This document shows positions 40,153 to 51,431 of a stretch of DNA of 64,000 nt, one piece after another. Both the position numbers and the translations under genes were made by a program. Positions within the stretch are counted from its first letter, which is position 1; each line of letters opens with the position of its first letter. This DNA is from Azolla caroliniana (Eukaryota; Plantae; Polypodiophyta), in contig JBHGNT010000012.1 of assembly GCA_043228905.1 (NCBI GenBank), forward strand, positions 19,592,001 through 19,656,000. Reading direction: 5' to 3'. The notes beneath the pieces are model-generated. The model was not told where the DNA came from and did no database searches. It worked only from the letters and a program-made list of their open reading frames with translations.

Positions 40153-42174
40153 ATGGCTAACACTTGGGACAACTCTACCTCTACCAATGAGGACATCTCT
40201 CTAGATAGTGGTAAGCAAGGGTTTACAAAGTCCTTGCTTGGTACACAACCCATCTCTCATGAGGACAACAAATCCCACCACCTCATCTATCGCTACACAA
40301 TCCCCTCGTCCAATCCTAACGACTTGTCATTGCCTCCGGACCTCACCCAAGCCATACCACGCGAGAATGTGCTCGACTTCTTCTACCCGCACACACTCAC
40401 GACCGATGGTGAGGAGAAACCCAAGGAGAGCCTGGACAAGCTCAAAATGAGGAGGGATGTGTTTTTGCTCGCATTCTCCGCGGTTCAAGCCCTTGATGCC
40501 GATGATCGATGGTCCTTCTACCAAATCGCTGGGATCCATGGCCTCCCGCACGCACCTTATGATGGAGACGATGGTGAGTGGGATCCGTTCAACCCTGAAT
40601 GGTGGGGCGGGTATTGTCAACACGGCACCCCGCTCTTCCCGACATGGCATCGCCCCTACATGTTGCTCATCGAGCAATCCATCATCCGTCAAGCGAAGCT
40701 TTTCGCAACAACTCTCTCAAATGCGGAAGAGAAGGCAGCGGTGTCCGCGATGGCCGGGGATCTCCGCTTCCCTTATTGGGATTGGGCGAGCAATAGTGCG
40801 CGCATCCTCGGGCTCCCTGACATCTTCATATCCACCGATGTCTCGCTAGCGTATGCGTGGAAATCATTCACCAGGACATCCATCCCGAACCCGCTCAAGG
40901 CATTCGTGGTGCCACGGGATGTCGGCAAGCCGTTCGCTTCCTCAGACGTGTACAACCCATCGGCCCGGCCCAACTACGTTGTGCCCCCGCAAGGCAACCC
41001 GTTCCTTCCCAAGGGCTACTCGACCGTGCGTCATGTCACGCCCAACTACCTCTCCAACAATGACAAGGTAAATGTGTCTGTCATGCGCAATGCCGGGACA
41101 GCCCTAGTCGAAGGCGTCCACGCGATGCTCCAACACAGCGAATGGATGCCCTTCTCCAACCACTTCTGGTCGGAGGCGACCCACGGGGACGGGAGCCAAT
41201 TCGGGTACTACGCGTCCCTCGAGCTTGTCCACGACTTTGTCCACGGGATCCTGGGCGGGGCGGGCGGACAAATGTCGTACCCGGAGATCGCATCCTTTGA
41301 CCCCATCTTCTTCTTCCACCATGCCAATGTTGACCGCCTAGTCGCGCTCTGGCAATACTGCTACCCCAATGCTTGGATCCCCGACACGCCATTGCAGCTC
41401 AACCATGATGGTACATACATATTGCCCCCCAATAGTGAATCCTTGGCTACCACGGAGCTCACACCATTCCGGCTCGGCCCCAATGCGGAGAACCAACGGA
41501 AATTCGTGACATCCAACGATGTGCGCCTCGTGGACCGTGATTGCGGGTACAGCTATCCGGAGATCTTGACCGCGAGGAAGGCCGGGTGGACACCCGCCCG
41601 CATGGTCGAGTACCTCCGGAGGCTCTACAAGCCACCACAGGACTACGCCCACAGGTGGATCTTGGTGCTGGACAGGGTGGAGAAGAGGGTGTTCAATGGG
41701 ACCTTCCAGATTAGGGTTTTCTTGGGGAACCCTAATGCCAACGCGGACACGCCGATCAACTCTCCCAACTATGCCGGGTCGATGACGGTATTCGCGCGGT
41801 CGATTGGGATGCGGTGCGCAAATTGCGACGAGAGGAAGTACATGAGGGCTTCATTGGATCTCACCAAGACCATGGTGAGGCTCGGGATCACTACTGTCGA
41901 GACATTGAGCGCCACGGCCGACCCGTTTGCCCCACCCACCGGACGGCTCGCAGCCAACCCCTTGTCCGCGCCCGGCTCTATTACCCTTGTGTTCGTGAGC
42001 CTCACTGGACAACAGCTCGACACCTCCGCCGTGGTCGGGGACGGTGTGGAAGACGGCATCCAGCTCGCGCTCTACTACCAGAGAGGCATCCCGGATGAAA
42101 GCATCAATGAGTTCTTCATCCGAAACCTCAACATTGCACCGACAACTATCGAGAAATTCATCTTACCTGCTTGA
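40153..42174 (+). CDS. Fungal-type tyrosinase (type-3 copper oxidase) with C-terminal shield domain, 673 aa, intronless
   Basis: Intact ORF. CuA SFYQIAGIHGLP..GGYCQHGTPLFPTWHRPY, LRFPYWDWA, CuB SLELVHDFVH..GGQMS..ASFDPIFFFHHANVDRLVALWQ, LTPF, GYSYPE, C-terminal FQIRVFLG..YAGS..CANC. No obvious signal or transit peptide. Confidence 0.93.
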   Translation: MANTWDNSTSTNEDISLDSGKQGFTKSLLGTQPISHEDNKSHHLIYRYTIPSSNPNDLSLPPDLTQAIPRENVLDFFYPHTLTTDGEEKPKESLDKLKMRRDVFLLAFSAVQALDADDRWSFYQIAGIHGLPHAPYDGDDGEWDPFNPEWWGGYCQHGTPLFPTWHRPYMLLIEQSIIRQAKLFATTLSNAEEKAAVSAMAGDLRFPYWDWASNSARILGLPDIFISTDVSLAYAWKSFTRTSIPNPLKAFVVPRDVGKPFASSDVYNPSARPNYVVPPQGNPFLPKGYSTVRHVTPNYLSNNDKVNVSVMRNAGTALVEGVHAMLQHSEWMPFSNHFWSEATHGDGSQFGYYASLELVHDFVHGILGGAGGQMSYPEIASFDPIFFFHHANVDRLVALWQYCYPNAWIPDTPLQLNHDGTYILPPNSESLATTELTPFRLGPNAENQRKFVTSNDVRLVDRDCGYSYPEILTARKAGWTPARMVEYLRRLYKPPQDYAHRWILVLDRVEKRVFNGTFQIRVFLGNPNANADTPINSPNYAGSMTVFARSIGMRCANCDERKYMRASLDLTKTMVRLGITTVETLSATADPFAPPTGRLAANPLSAPGSITLVFVSLTGQQLDTSAVVGDGVEDGIQLALYYQRGIPDESINEFFIRNLNIAPTTIEKFILPA

Positions 42175-44859
42175 CAACCCCCTAAGGTTATTCGCCGACA
42201 TTCCGAACCCTTGGAACTACTTTTGTTCCAAGAACTTGTGGTGTGTTAGCTTCATGCCTTGGGTTTTCGAGTTACATATCTCTAAGTTTAGTCCCACTCT
42301 GAATCATATCGATACCAATGTCCAGCTTTCAGCCCAGACTAAGTTTCTTTTGTCTTGTATCGTCGGTACTATTTCAATGATCAGTTCATTATGTGCTTTC
42401 TTGGCATTTTTTACAAGTTCATATGTGTGTGTGAGTAACAAAAAGACATGTTTTTTACGTCCATAGGAGACTCATCGTGATGAATGGAATGATATATATA
42501 TATATAGGTTTAGGGTTTAGGGCGAGGGAAGTGAATGGATAGTCATCGTCGTAAGATCTACATTAAAGTTTGTCACTTGAATGTGTTCCCCAACATATTG
42601 CGGGTTGTGATAGCACCTTATTGTTAACGTGCATTCTATTATATTATCTAAACATAGAGAAAATGGCTAGAATTAGGGTCTTTGGGAAACTAGCATAACT
42701 CTTAAACAACACCGCATATGTTGAATATAAAAAGTTATGTCTCACTCTAGAGTATCTTCTTTGAAGATGTTTATTAACATTCAAAAAACTTTTATTGACA
42801 TATGCTTTTGCCAAAGAATCACTAGATTTTAAAAACTTTATGTCACTTCGTTAAAAATATTCGAAGTCTGGTGAAGATAGAAATGTCCTTGATGACCCAA
42901 GATGGTTCTTTCGTGTCACTTCATTGCAATATCAAGTTTCTTAGGGTCTCTTGAATCCGAAAAGGAAATGCCTCAATGGATTTTTCGCATTGAAAAACAA
43001 AAGTAATCATCTTCCTCTCTTTTTTGAAATATCCATATAATGATTTCTTCTGTGGATATGTTTAGTGACTTCTTAAAATATAGTTTTTTGCACAGACCCT
43101 CATCTCCATTCCCCATTCCCTTTTTCGTCTTTTTGTCAAGAGTCATGTGACATGTCAATAAAATGGTGTGTTATCATTGTGGATTGTGCCAAAGTCGTCT
43201 CTCATCTCTCTCCTACTTAGTGGACTTGCCTCATATAATAATGATTCCCATTATTTGCCAATTTCTCTGTCCTCCAAATACGTCACACAAAAAAGCCATC
43301 ACTTATAAATGTAAAAGACATGCCATGACCTATAAATGTAAAGATGTGCAATGTGTGAACTACTTGCATTTTCATATTGAATTCGTTTGCACTTGAAATA
43401 TTAATCATTGGATGTCTATATCCAATTTTTTAGACATCATGCCGAAAAGTATGTGGTAATGGTTAATTTCTTAAGACATCATGCCGAAAAGAAATATTGC
43501 ACATCCTCAATCGAATTTTTTTTAGAGACTTGTATAAAAGAAACACAAATTCTTAGACGATTGATCTACATCGTAGATGACATCAATGATCCCATTAGGT
43601 GTTATAGAAAACTTTTAAGATTAAAGAAATCGGCAAGAAAATGGTTTCACTCTCTTTTTAATTGGAATTTCATATATTGACTTATTTTAGGACATTTACA
43701 AGGTTTCAATGAGGGCAGAAAATTTGAGACAACTCCTTGGAAGGAAATACTTCTAAATAACTTAAATAACATATTTCTTAGAGTATTGTCATCCATGTTC
43801 ACACTATTTCGTCTCTTTTGAAACAACACACCTAGACTCTCTTTTGTTCAAAAAGCCCAATTGAGTGGCGGGTTCCCTCATTTATAGGGTTGGATTCAAG
43901 TTGATGCACCGTCTACAAGGGTCATATCATGTGGCGTTATGTAATTGACAAAAAGTTTTTTCTTAAGAGAAATTATTTGGCGGATTCGCACAATTGGCAA
44001 AGTATAAGCTTTCACAAAATTTGATATTAAAGAGATCAACAATATATCTAGTTGTTTGTTTGAAGGGATGAGCAAATATAGGACCACCTACACCAATTCT
44101 CTTTTTCTCAACAACGAGTGCTATATGAGTAGTAATATAGTCAATTCACTCACTTTTCTCTATCTTTCAAGGGTTGACAAAAGGCAATTGGAGGAATATT
44201 GAAAAACTCCACGACGTTATAATAAATAAAGAGAATCTTGAGAGAAATTCTTCCATTTTTTAATTATGATATTTAAAATATTAAGGCATTGTAAGGTTGC
44301 ACTACATGTCATTATTAAGGCCACCTCATTATGGGGCACGTACTTTATTGACATTTCATATTTCCTATGTCCATGCCTTTGCGTTGTTATCCACTTCGGT
44401 CTGAACTCTGGAGGTTATGATGTAGTATGCGTGAAGATGTTAGCACATTGGAACAATTGAGGATAACTTACTTTGAGCTTGGGACCATCATAAGTACATC
44501 CAAGGACTTAAGAAAAGGTATAGTGAGTAATGACATGTTTGGAAGTAGGTGAAGGGGATGGGGATGGGGATGGGAGGTTTGTAAGTCAATAGTGTGTAAA
44601 TGACATCCTAAAAGTTTTAAATAGAAGGAACCCAATGGGGGATGGCAACTTACACAACCGGGAACAAATTGGTAAATGAATATGGAAATGGAGTATAAAA
44701 CTTTTGCTTACGAAAGTATTAGAGCTTTTTAATTTTGTTTCGATGAGTTGAGAAGATGATATGGCCTCATATCAATCTCCTATTTTCTTCTTCGTAGATT
44801 GCCTATTGCATTTCTATAATGCTTGGAGCATAATAACGAGGTTCACTAACATTTGCAAG

Positions 44860-47800
44860 TGTTGAGCATCAAGCTCAACTGGAGCCGGATCGGCTGGATA
44901 AGCCTGAGCCGGCAAGCGAGACGGAATGGTAAGCCGTGAGCAACCGAGCCGGCAAGCAACAGAGCCGGTGAGCTGGAGAGCCGGTTAGCCGGTTAGCTGG
45001 ATCCAATCGGTAACCGGAAGCCTAGTATTAGTTTAGACTACTAGGCAATTATAGTCTCGTAGTAAGTGTCAGAAGCTCGTGTGAGCATTAAAGTACGCGG
45101 TACTTGTGTCAGTCCCACGAGGACTTGTATAAATAGTGCTACTAAGCATAGTTGTATGTGACAGAGTGTTTTATATTTTTTGAATATAGCTTTGAGGTTC
45201 TGCTCTCTCTGTCTCTCCCTGTCTCTCCTCGTGTACTCTGTGTATTCCTTGATTTCCCTGTCTTCTAACACTTCTGCAAGTAATCGTTTTCATGGTATCA
45301 GAGCGCGAGGTTTGAGAACCTCTGCAGCCGACAAACGCTTGAAAGCAAACCCTAATAGACAGAGAAGTGATGGATAGAGGGATGGCTAGCTCGCTCCCTG
45401 TGGAGAAACTCGACAGATCCAACTACGCATCTTGGTCATACAAGATGCACCAGTACCTGCTTGGGCATGGCTACTAGAGCTTCGTCGAAGGAGCCAATGA
45501 AACAACACTTGATGCGGCACATAAGGATTTCCCATTTGTGGGAACAATCGGCAAGCAGAGTGATGTACTGCTTCGCGTCCAGTGTTAGAGACCAGCTGTT
45601 GAGCCACATCCAAGATGCCAAGACGCCGAAGGAGGCTTGGGGAAACCTGAAGAAGGTTTTCACCGTGAGCCCTATGGCCCAGAAGCTGCAACTCCGACAA
45701 GAGTTGAGCAATGTCTGACAGAAGGACATGTTGGTGGCGAATTACATGGCCCGGATCAAAGAGATCAGTGACTCGCTTGCCTCTATCAACATTATCGTAG
45801 AGGAAGATGAGATGGTACAGGTCTGTCTTGGGGGCTTGGCGTTTAAGTTCAAAGCGTTCCGAATGGCGGTGTGTACGAGGGAGAATACACCGTCATTTTT
45901 CGACTTACAGTCGATGCTCCTTGTAGAGGAGAACCACGCCGGTGCATCAACTAGCGCACCCACTGACAACCGGATGCTATACACGGAGGCGGATCAGTCT
46001 TGTGGGCGTGGTGGACGAGGCGGGTCGGCACGCTATGGAGGCGGTCGGCAAGAGCAAGAACGAAGGCACAAAGAACATGTCGACAACAGTTCCGGGACTT
46101 CCATAGGTAGGGGGAGTCAAGGCGGTCCCGGAGGCCGGCAAGACAAATCTGCTACAGAATGCTGGTACTGTGGCAAGAAGGGCCACAGAGAAAGCGAGTG
46201 CTAGAGAAAGCGCGCCGATTCGGACAAATCTGGATCCGGCAAGGCCGGCAAGGATGTCCGACAAAGCTCGCACTACGCGAAGGGATCAGGAGGATCCAAG
46301 AACGGTAACGGGCCAGCCTTGGTGATGAAGCACGAGGCGAACTCGATAAAGAAGACCACTTTCAAATCGGAGGAAGTGTGGTATGTTGATTCTGGTGCGT
46401 CGAACCACATGACGAGTCACAAAGAGTGGTTCTCCTTGGAGAAACCGGATCAACCAGGAGTAGTCGAAACCGGAGACAACACTCCTCACCCAATCGTGCA
46501 CGTCGGAGAAGTCCCTTTGAGCCACGTCGGACAGAAGGGGAAGCTGATGAACGTATTACACGTTCCGACAATCACGAAGAACCTGGTGTCGGTCGGACAG
46601 ATCGTCGACCAAGGGATGCAAGTGTGGTTTACGGACCTCAGGTGCTTCATCAAGGAAGAGGGCCAGATTATTGCGCAAGGGCGTAGAGACGGGAGGATGT
46701 TTATCCTTGACACCAACGACGTCGGCCCCGCTCTGTTTGCAAAAGGACAGAAGGTCGAATCAGACATCGACCTGTGGCACAAGTGGATAGGCCACGTCAA
46801 TTACCGTAGGCTTCAAGACCTGCAAACGAAACAAGTTGTTTTCGGTTTGCCGAAGTTCAACGGCCGGAAGGCCCAAGTATGTGAAGCCTGCCAACTCGGG
46901 AAGCAACACCGGCTTCCATTCCCTACCAAACATAACCGGAGCCGTAACAAGCTCGACCTTATCCATTCGAATGTGTGGGGACCGGCACAGAATGTTAGTC
47001 TTGGCGGGAGTCGATATTTCGTCTCCTTCATCGACGACTATACGTGGCACACATGGATCTACCTCATTGAGCGGAAGAGTGAAGTCTTCGAGTGTTTCCG
47101 GAGTCTCCAAAGCATGGTGGAACGGGAATCGGAGAGGAAGATCAAATGCCTGCGGTCGGATGGCGGAAAAGAATACTTTTCCGGCCAATTCAACAGTTAT
47201 CTACAGCAAACGGGAATTCGGCGAGAGTTCAGCTGCAGATACACACCGCAACAGAATGGTGTTGCCGAGAGGAAGAACCGATTGCTCATTGATGCGGCAA
47301 GGGCAATGCTAGAGGAGAAGAGCATGCCCAAATTCTACTGGGCGGAGGCAGTCCAAACGACTGTCTACATCCAGAACCAGATCGGTGACAAGGTGTCAGC
47401 TCACGAGCTGTATTTCGGGCGCAAGCCGAATTTGAGACACCTTAAGATCTTTGGTCGCATTGCATATGTGCATGTACCGGATGAGAAGCGAAGGAAGTTG
47501 GATGCAAAATTGGAAAAATGCATCCTAGTCGGCTATGCTCAAGAGCAAAAGGGTTATAAGTGTTATAACCCCCGGACAAAGCAGGTCCGAGTTAGTCGAG
47601 ATGTCGAGTTCGATGAATCGGCATCATGGTACTCCTTACCGACTCTGACTTCCGAATCCGACCCGATGCCGAAGGATGAGGCCAGTGAGCCTGAACCGGC
47701 CCAGGTAGATGATGATGAAGCGTGGACTCAGGATGAGAGTCCGGAATTGTTTCGCTTGAGCGGGCCGAATGAGAGACTGAGTCAATCTAACCAGTCCGAT

Positions 47801-49025
47801 GAGGATTCAGCGATTAGTGGAGACTCTGCTGTGCACTCCCCGCGCAAGGAACCAAGGAGACGGTTCACGCGCAAAGAGAAGGGGAAGAAGAAGATGCCGG
47901 AATTTGAAACCGGCAACGAAGAGTTAGATCGATGTGCATCTGACTCTAGCAAGGAGAAAGGCTGATCTTCGACAACGAAGACCGAACCGGCCAAGAAGGG
48001 CCTCAAACCGGGTAACGGTGAATTACGCCGGTCCACCCGCCAGAAGGATCCCGTCAAGCGGTACGGGTACAATGAGTACATGGCGCATCACTATGTGTAC
48101 ATGACTAAGGTGGCGGAAGTGCGTGAGCATGAGAGCTACGCAGAAGCGGCAAAGGATGCAAATTGGCGTGCCGCTATGGAGGAAGAAATGCGGGCACTTG
48201 ATGTCAACGAGACATGGGACCTAGTTGACCCTCCCCGTCACTGTAAACCGATCGGATGCAAGTGGGTGTACAAGGTAAAGTACAACGCTGACGGTTCAGT
48301 TAACCGGTACAAGGCCCGGTTAGTGGCGAAGGGATACGTGCAGACCCACGGAATCGACTACGAGGAGACCTTCGCTCCGGTAGCGAAGATGACGACGGTT
48401 CGTGTGGTGCTGGTAGTTGCTGCAGCAAGGGGGTGGCATCTTCACTAGATGGATGTGAAGAATGCGTTTCTTTAGGGTGACCTTGAAGAAGAAGTCTTTA
48501 TGACTCAACCCCCCAGCTTTCAATCGGAGATGAACAAGTCGGCGGTATGCCGGTTGAAGAAGTCGTTGTACGGCCTGAAGCAAGCCCCTCGAGCTTGGTG
48601 CGAAGATCACACACCGGTTGCGTAAGATGGGGTTTGTGACCTCCAAATCAGACTCTTCATTGTTCATCCGGCAAGGCTCAGCCGGTCCGGTATGTATACT
48701 GCTGTATATTGATGATTTAGTCATCACTGGACCGGGTCTTCCAGAAGTCAACCGCGTCAAGTCCCAGTTGTCGGACGCATTTGAGATGAAGGACCTGGGG
48801 GACCTTCATTATTTTCTTGGGATTGAGGTGATCCGAACCCCCGACGGCATATTACTCTCACAACGACATTACGTCTTGAATATGCTGTACAAGTTCGGCA
48901 TGACAGAATGCCGACCTGTCTCCACACCCTTGGACCGACACCAGAAGCTTCATCCCAACTCCGGACTTGCCTGCAACGAGAAACGGTTCCGACAAATTGT
49001 CGGAAGCCTTATTTACTTGACTATC
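44860..49025 (+). mobile_element. Ty1/copia element (family A-related), cut in RT by a nested LTR element
   Basis: 5' LTR 44860..45292, PBS TGGTATCAGAGC 45293-45304, gag ATG 45382, knuckle CWYCGKKGHRESEC, PR WYVDSGASNHM, IN, RT up to GSLIYLTI. Many in-frame stops. 3' half not in the window. Confidence 0.93.
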
Positions 49026-49603
49026 TGTTAAGGATCTATGTATCGATGGAGTAAGCTCCTCGATGTTGTGCGGGATTCGGACCGGCGTATACCCTCTTGA
49101 TGGCGAATCGGGCGGAGATGGTTGTCGGATACCTCCGAGCCTCACACTCACTCAACGATTAGTAAATGATTAAGCACAATATCTCTCTCACTCTCTCAAG
49201 CTCTCTCTCATAAACAATAGATCAATAGTATAGACAATAAGAAGCAAGAGTATGTCTATTATTAACCCTCTTTGCTAAGAGGTCTAGCACCAACAAGGAG
49301 AGAGATTAGTGTTCTCTAACTCAACACTTTACTAATCTCTCTTAAGCTCAAAGGTTTACAAGAAAGAGGAGACGAAGCTCTAGCTCTAATCAATAGGAGA
49401 TCTTTACAAATGGGAGAACCCTCACAAAGCCACTACTATGTGGTTTATATAGCTTTCACGTTTAGGGTATGGGCCTTTCACATTTGGCCGTCTCTTTGCT
49501 TTCCTTTCCTCTTGCCGTTTCCTCTTCGTACTACGTCCTTGTTGATGCGTTTTTATTCGTGACTGGTTGTGTTGTTATCCCAATGCTTAACATCTCCCCC
49601 AAC

Positions 49604-51431
49604 CTAATGAGTGCATACTCCCGACTGCACTATGGGAGGGGAGCTTCGGGCGTCGGGGGCGAGTAGAATTGAGTAGGGGCATTCGTCGGGGGGCGGGTGG
49701 CGGCGGAGATGATGGCGAAGACGGCGGATGTTCAGTGGTGGTAGCTGGATTTCCTGCAGTTGGTCGGTTGTTGTGAATAAATCTTTCTTGGGGCCGGTGA
49801 GCCAGGTGCAGGTGTTGTAGCCAGCGAAGGGAGAAGGGGGGTTTCGACTAAAGCTTATGTAAGCGGGGAAAAAATGCGTGTCGATCATGGTTTCAAAATC
49901 CCGTTTGTAGGTTGCGGGGAGTATGTTGACACGGGTCCAAAGGCCGACCAGTTGGCGGCGACTTGGACCTTTGTTCAAATCGAAGGCGAGGCCCCACACT
50001 AGGTGGTTGTGCCGTTAGAAGGGGGGGGCTTCGTATGGGCCAGAGTCAAGGAGAATGAGTAGAAGTTGTAGAAAACGAAGGCTGGCTTGAATGTCGGGGT
50101 CCAGGACGTCGAGGTATGTACGTAGGAATCGTCGCATGACCCGGATCATGTCGGGTTCGGTCGGGGATGTGCGCGGGGGTCGGGGCAACAACGGCCAGTT
50201 GAATTGAAGGGTGGGTAGGCGTGCCTGGGCGACGCGAAAATCGGGCCATGGCCAACGACGAGGAAGGGGAAAAAAGGTGGGGTTGGTGCGCAACTCGGGG
50301 GGGTGGAGGGCGAGCCATTCGCGGAAGGATGTGTGTGTGAACCAAGGGAGATGCCATGGGGGTTGGGTGCCGGGAGGTTCGAGGAGGGGGTCGGCAACGG
50401 GGTGGTGCCACCCGCGAGTGGGGATGGGGTGTGTGGCGGCCCAAGTAGACATCTTATCGCGGTAAACATGGGGGTAAAGGAAGACGTCGACTTGGGGTTC
50501 GGAGGTGACTTCGGGGTAATAGTTGTAGAGGCGGGTGAGGAGTAGGGGGGTCTCACAGAAGTCGAACTCCCATGGAATGAGGGCGGCAGACTGATTGTCA
50601 AGACGAGTGTCCCAACTAGTACCACTTTTGATGCAATCAAGGGCGGTTTGGAGGCCGTGGGTGAGTTGCTAGCGGTTGACCAAATTAGTGTAGAAGGCCG
50701 CAACGTTGAAGCGGGTGCTCGAGGTGTGGAGTAAGGTAGGTGTAGTGAAGATGGGCGAGGGCGAGGCGGTGGCTGGGTGTCGGGTTCATCAGGTGAGTCG
50801 TGGTCCCCCTCCAGGTCGATCTCTGGGGGGGAGAAGGGGGGTGCGGGGGTAGGAGGGCACGAGCACGAGCCTCATTGAACGTCATGAGTTGATACTCGCG
50901 GGAAACGTCGAGGTATAGGGCTAATTCCGGTATGTCGTCAGCCTCAAGGTCGGTGGGCCAGTTGAACGTGGCGTATTCGATGCTGAATATGTGAGTACGA
51001 ACCCCGACGTCCCAGGCGGTTTGCCAAGCGCGTATTAGCCAGAGGAAACCGAAAGGGGGTACAAAGGTCGTTGTGTTTTCCAACAGGGTGCGGGTGAGGG
51101 TGTCGGCGATGTGGTGTAAGCGCACCAGTGTTGTGAAGAGGTGGGCCAGTTGGTCTTCGGTGACTTGCATCGTGACATCAGAAGGGTAGGTGAAATAGAT
51201 CAGGTCGGAGATGTCTAAGTCGGGGGTGAGGGCGGTGTGAAGGTAGGCCATACCTTCGAGGAACAAAATGGGGAGGTGTTGGGGGAAGAGGTCGCCGATT
51301 GGGGGAGCAGGTTCTTCGGTGGCTTCCTGGTATAACATGAAGAGGGTGAGGGCGTGGTTGTCTTCGGGGAGTACTTGGATGAAGGTTTGCCGGTCTGGGG
51401 GTGTGGTGTCGTCAAAAAATACGCGATGCAT
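49604..51431 (-). pseudogene. Unknown extra ORF2 (~600 codons when repaired), aromatic/Pro-rich
   Basis: Track ORFs 50015..50452 and 49604..49999 are in one frame separated by a TAA. That frame extends upstream through one TAG and joins 50685..51431 by one inferred frameshift. Confidence 0.65.

Noticed and set aside
40153-42174. Ordinary plant polyphenol/catechol oxidase
   Set aside because: Lacks transit peptide, HCAYC CuA and DWL/KFDV domains; motifs are fungal-type.
42507-42522. Telomeric repeat (TTTAGGG)x2
   Set aside because: Only two units; common telo-box or repair filler.
42600-44850. Short ORFs after the tyrosinase as part of a gene cluster
   Set aside because: AT-rich, under 100 aa, no motifs; no second biosynthetic gene visible.
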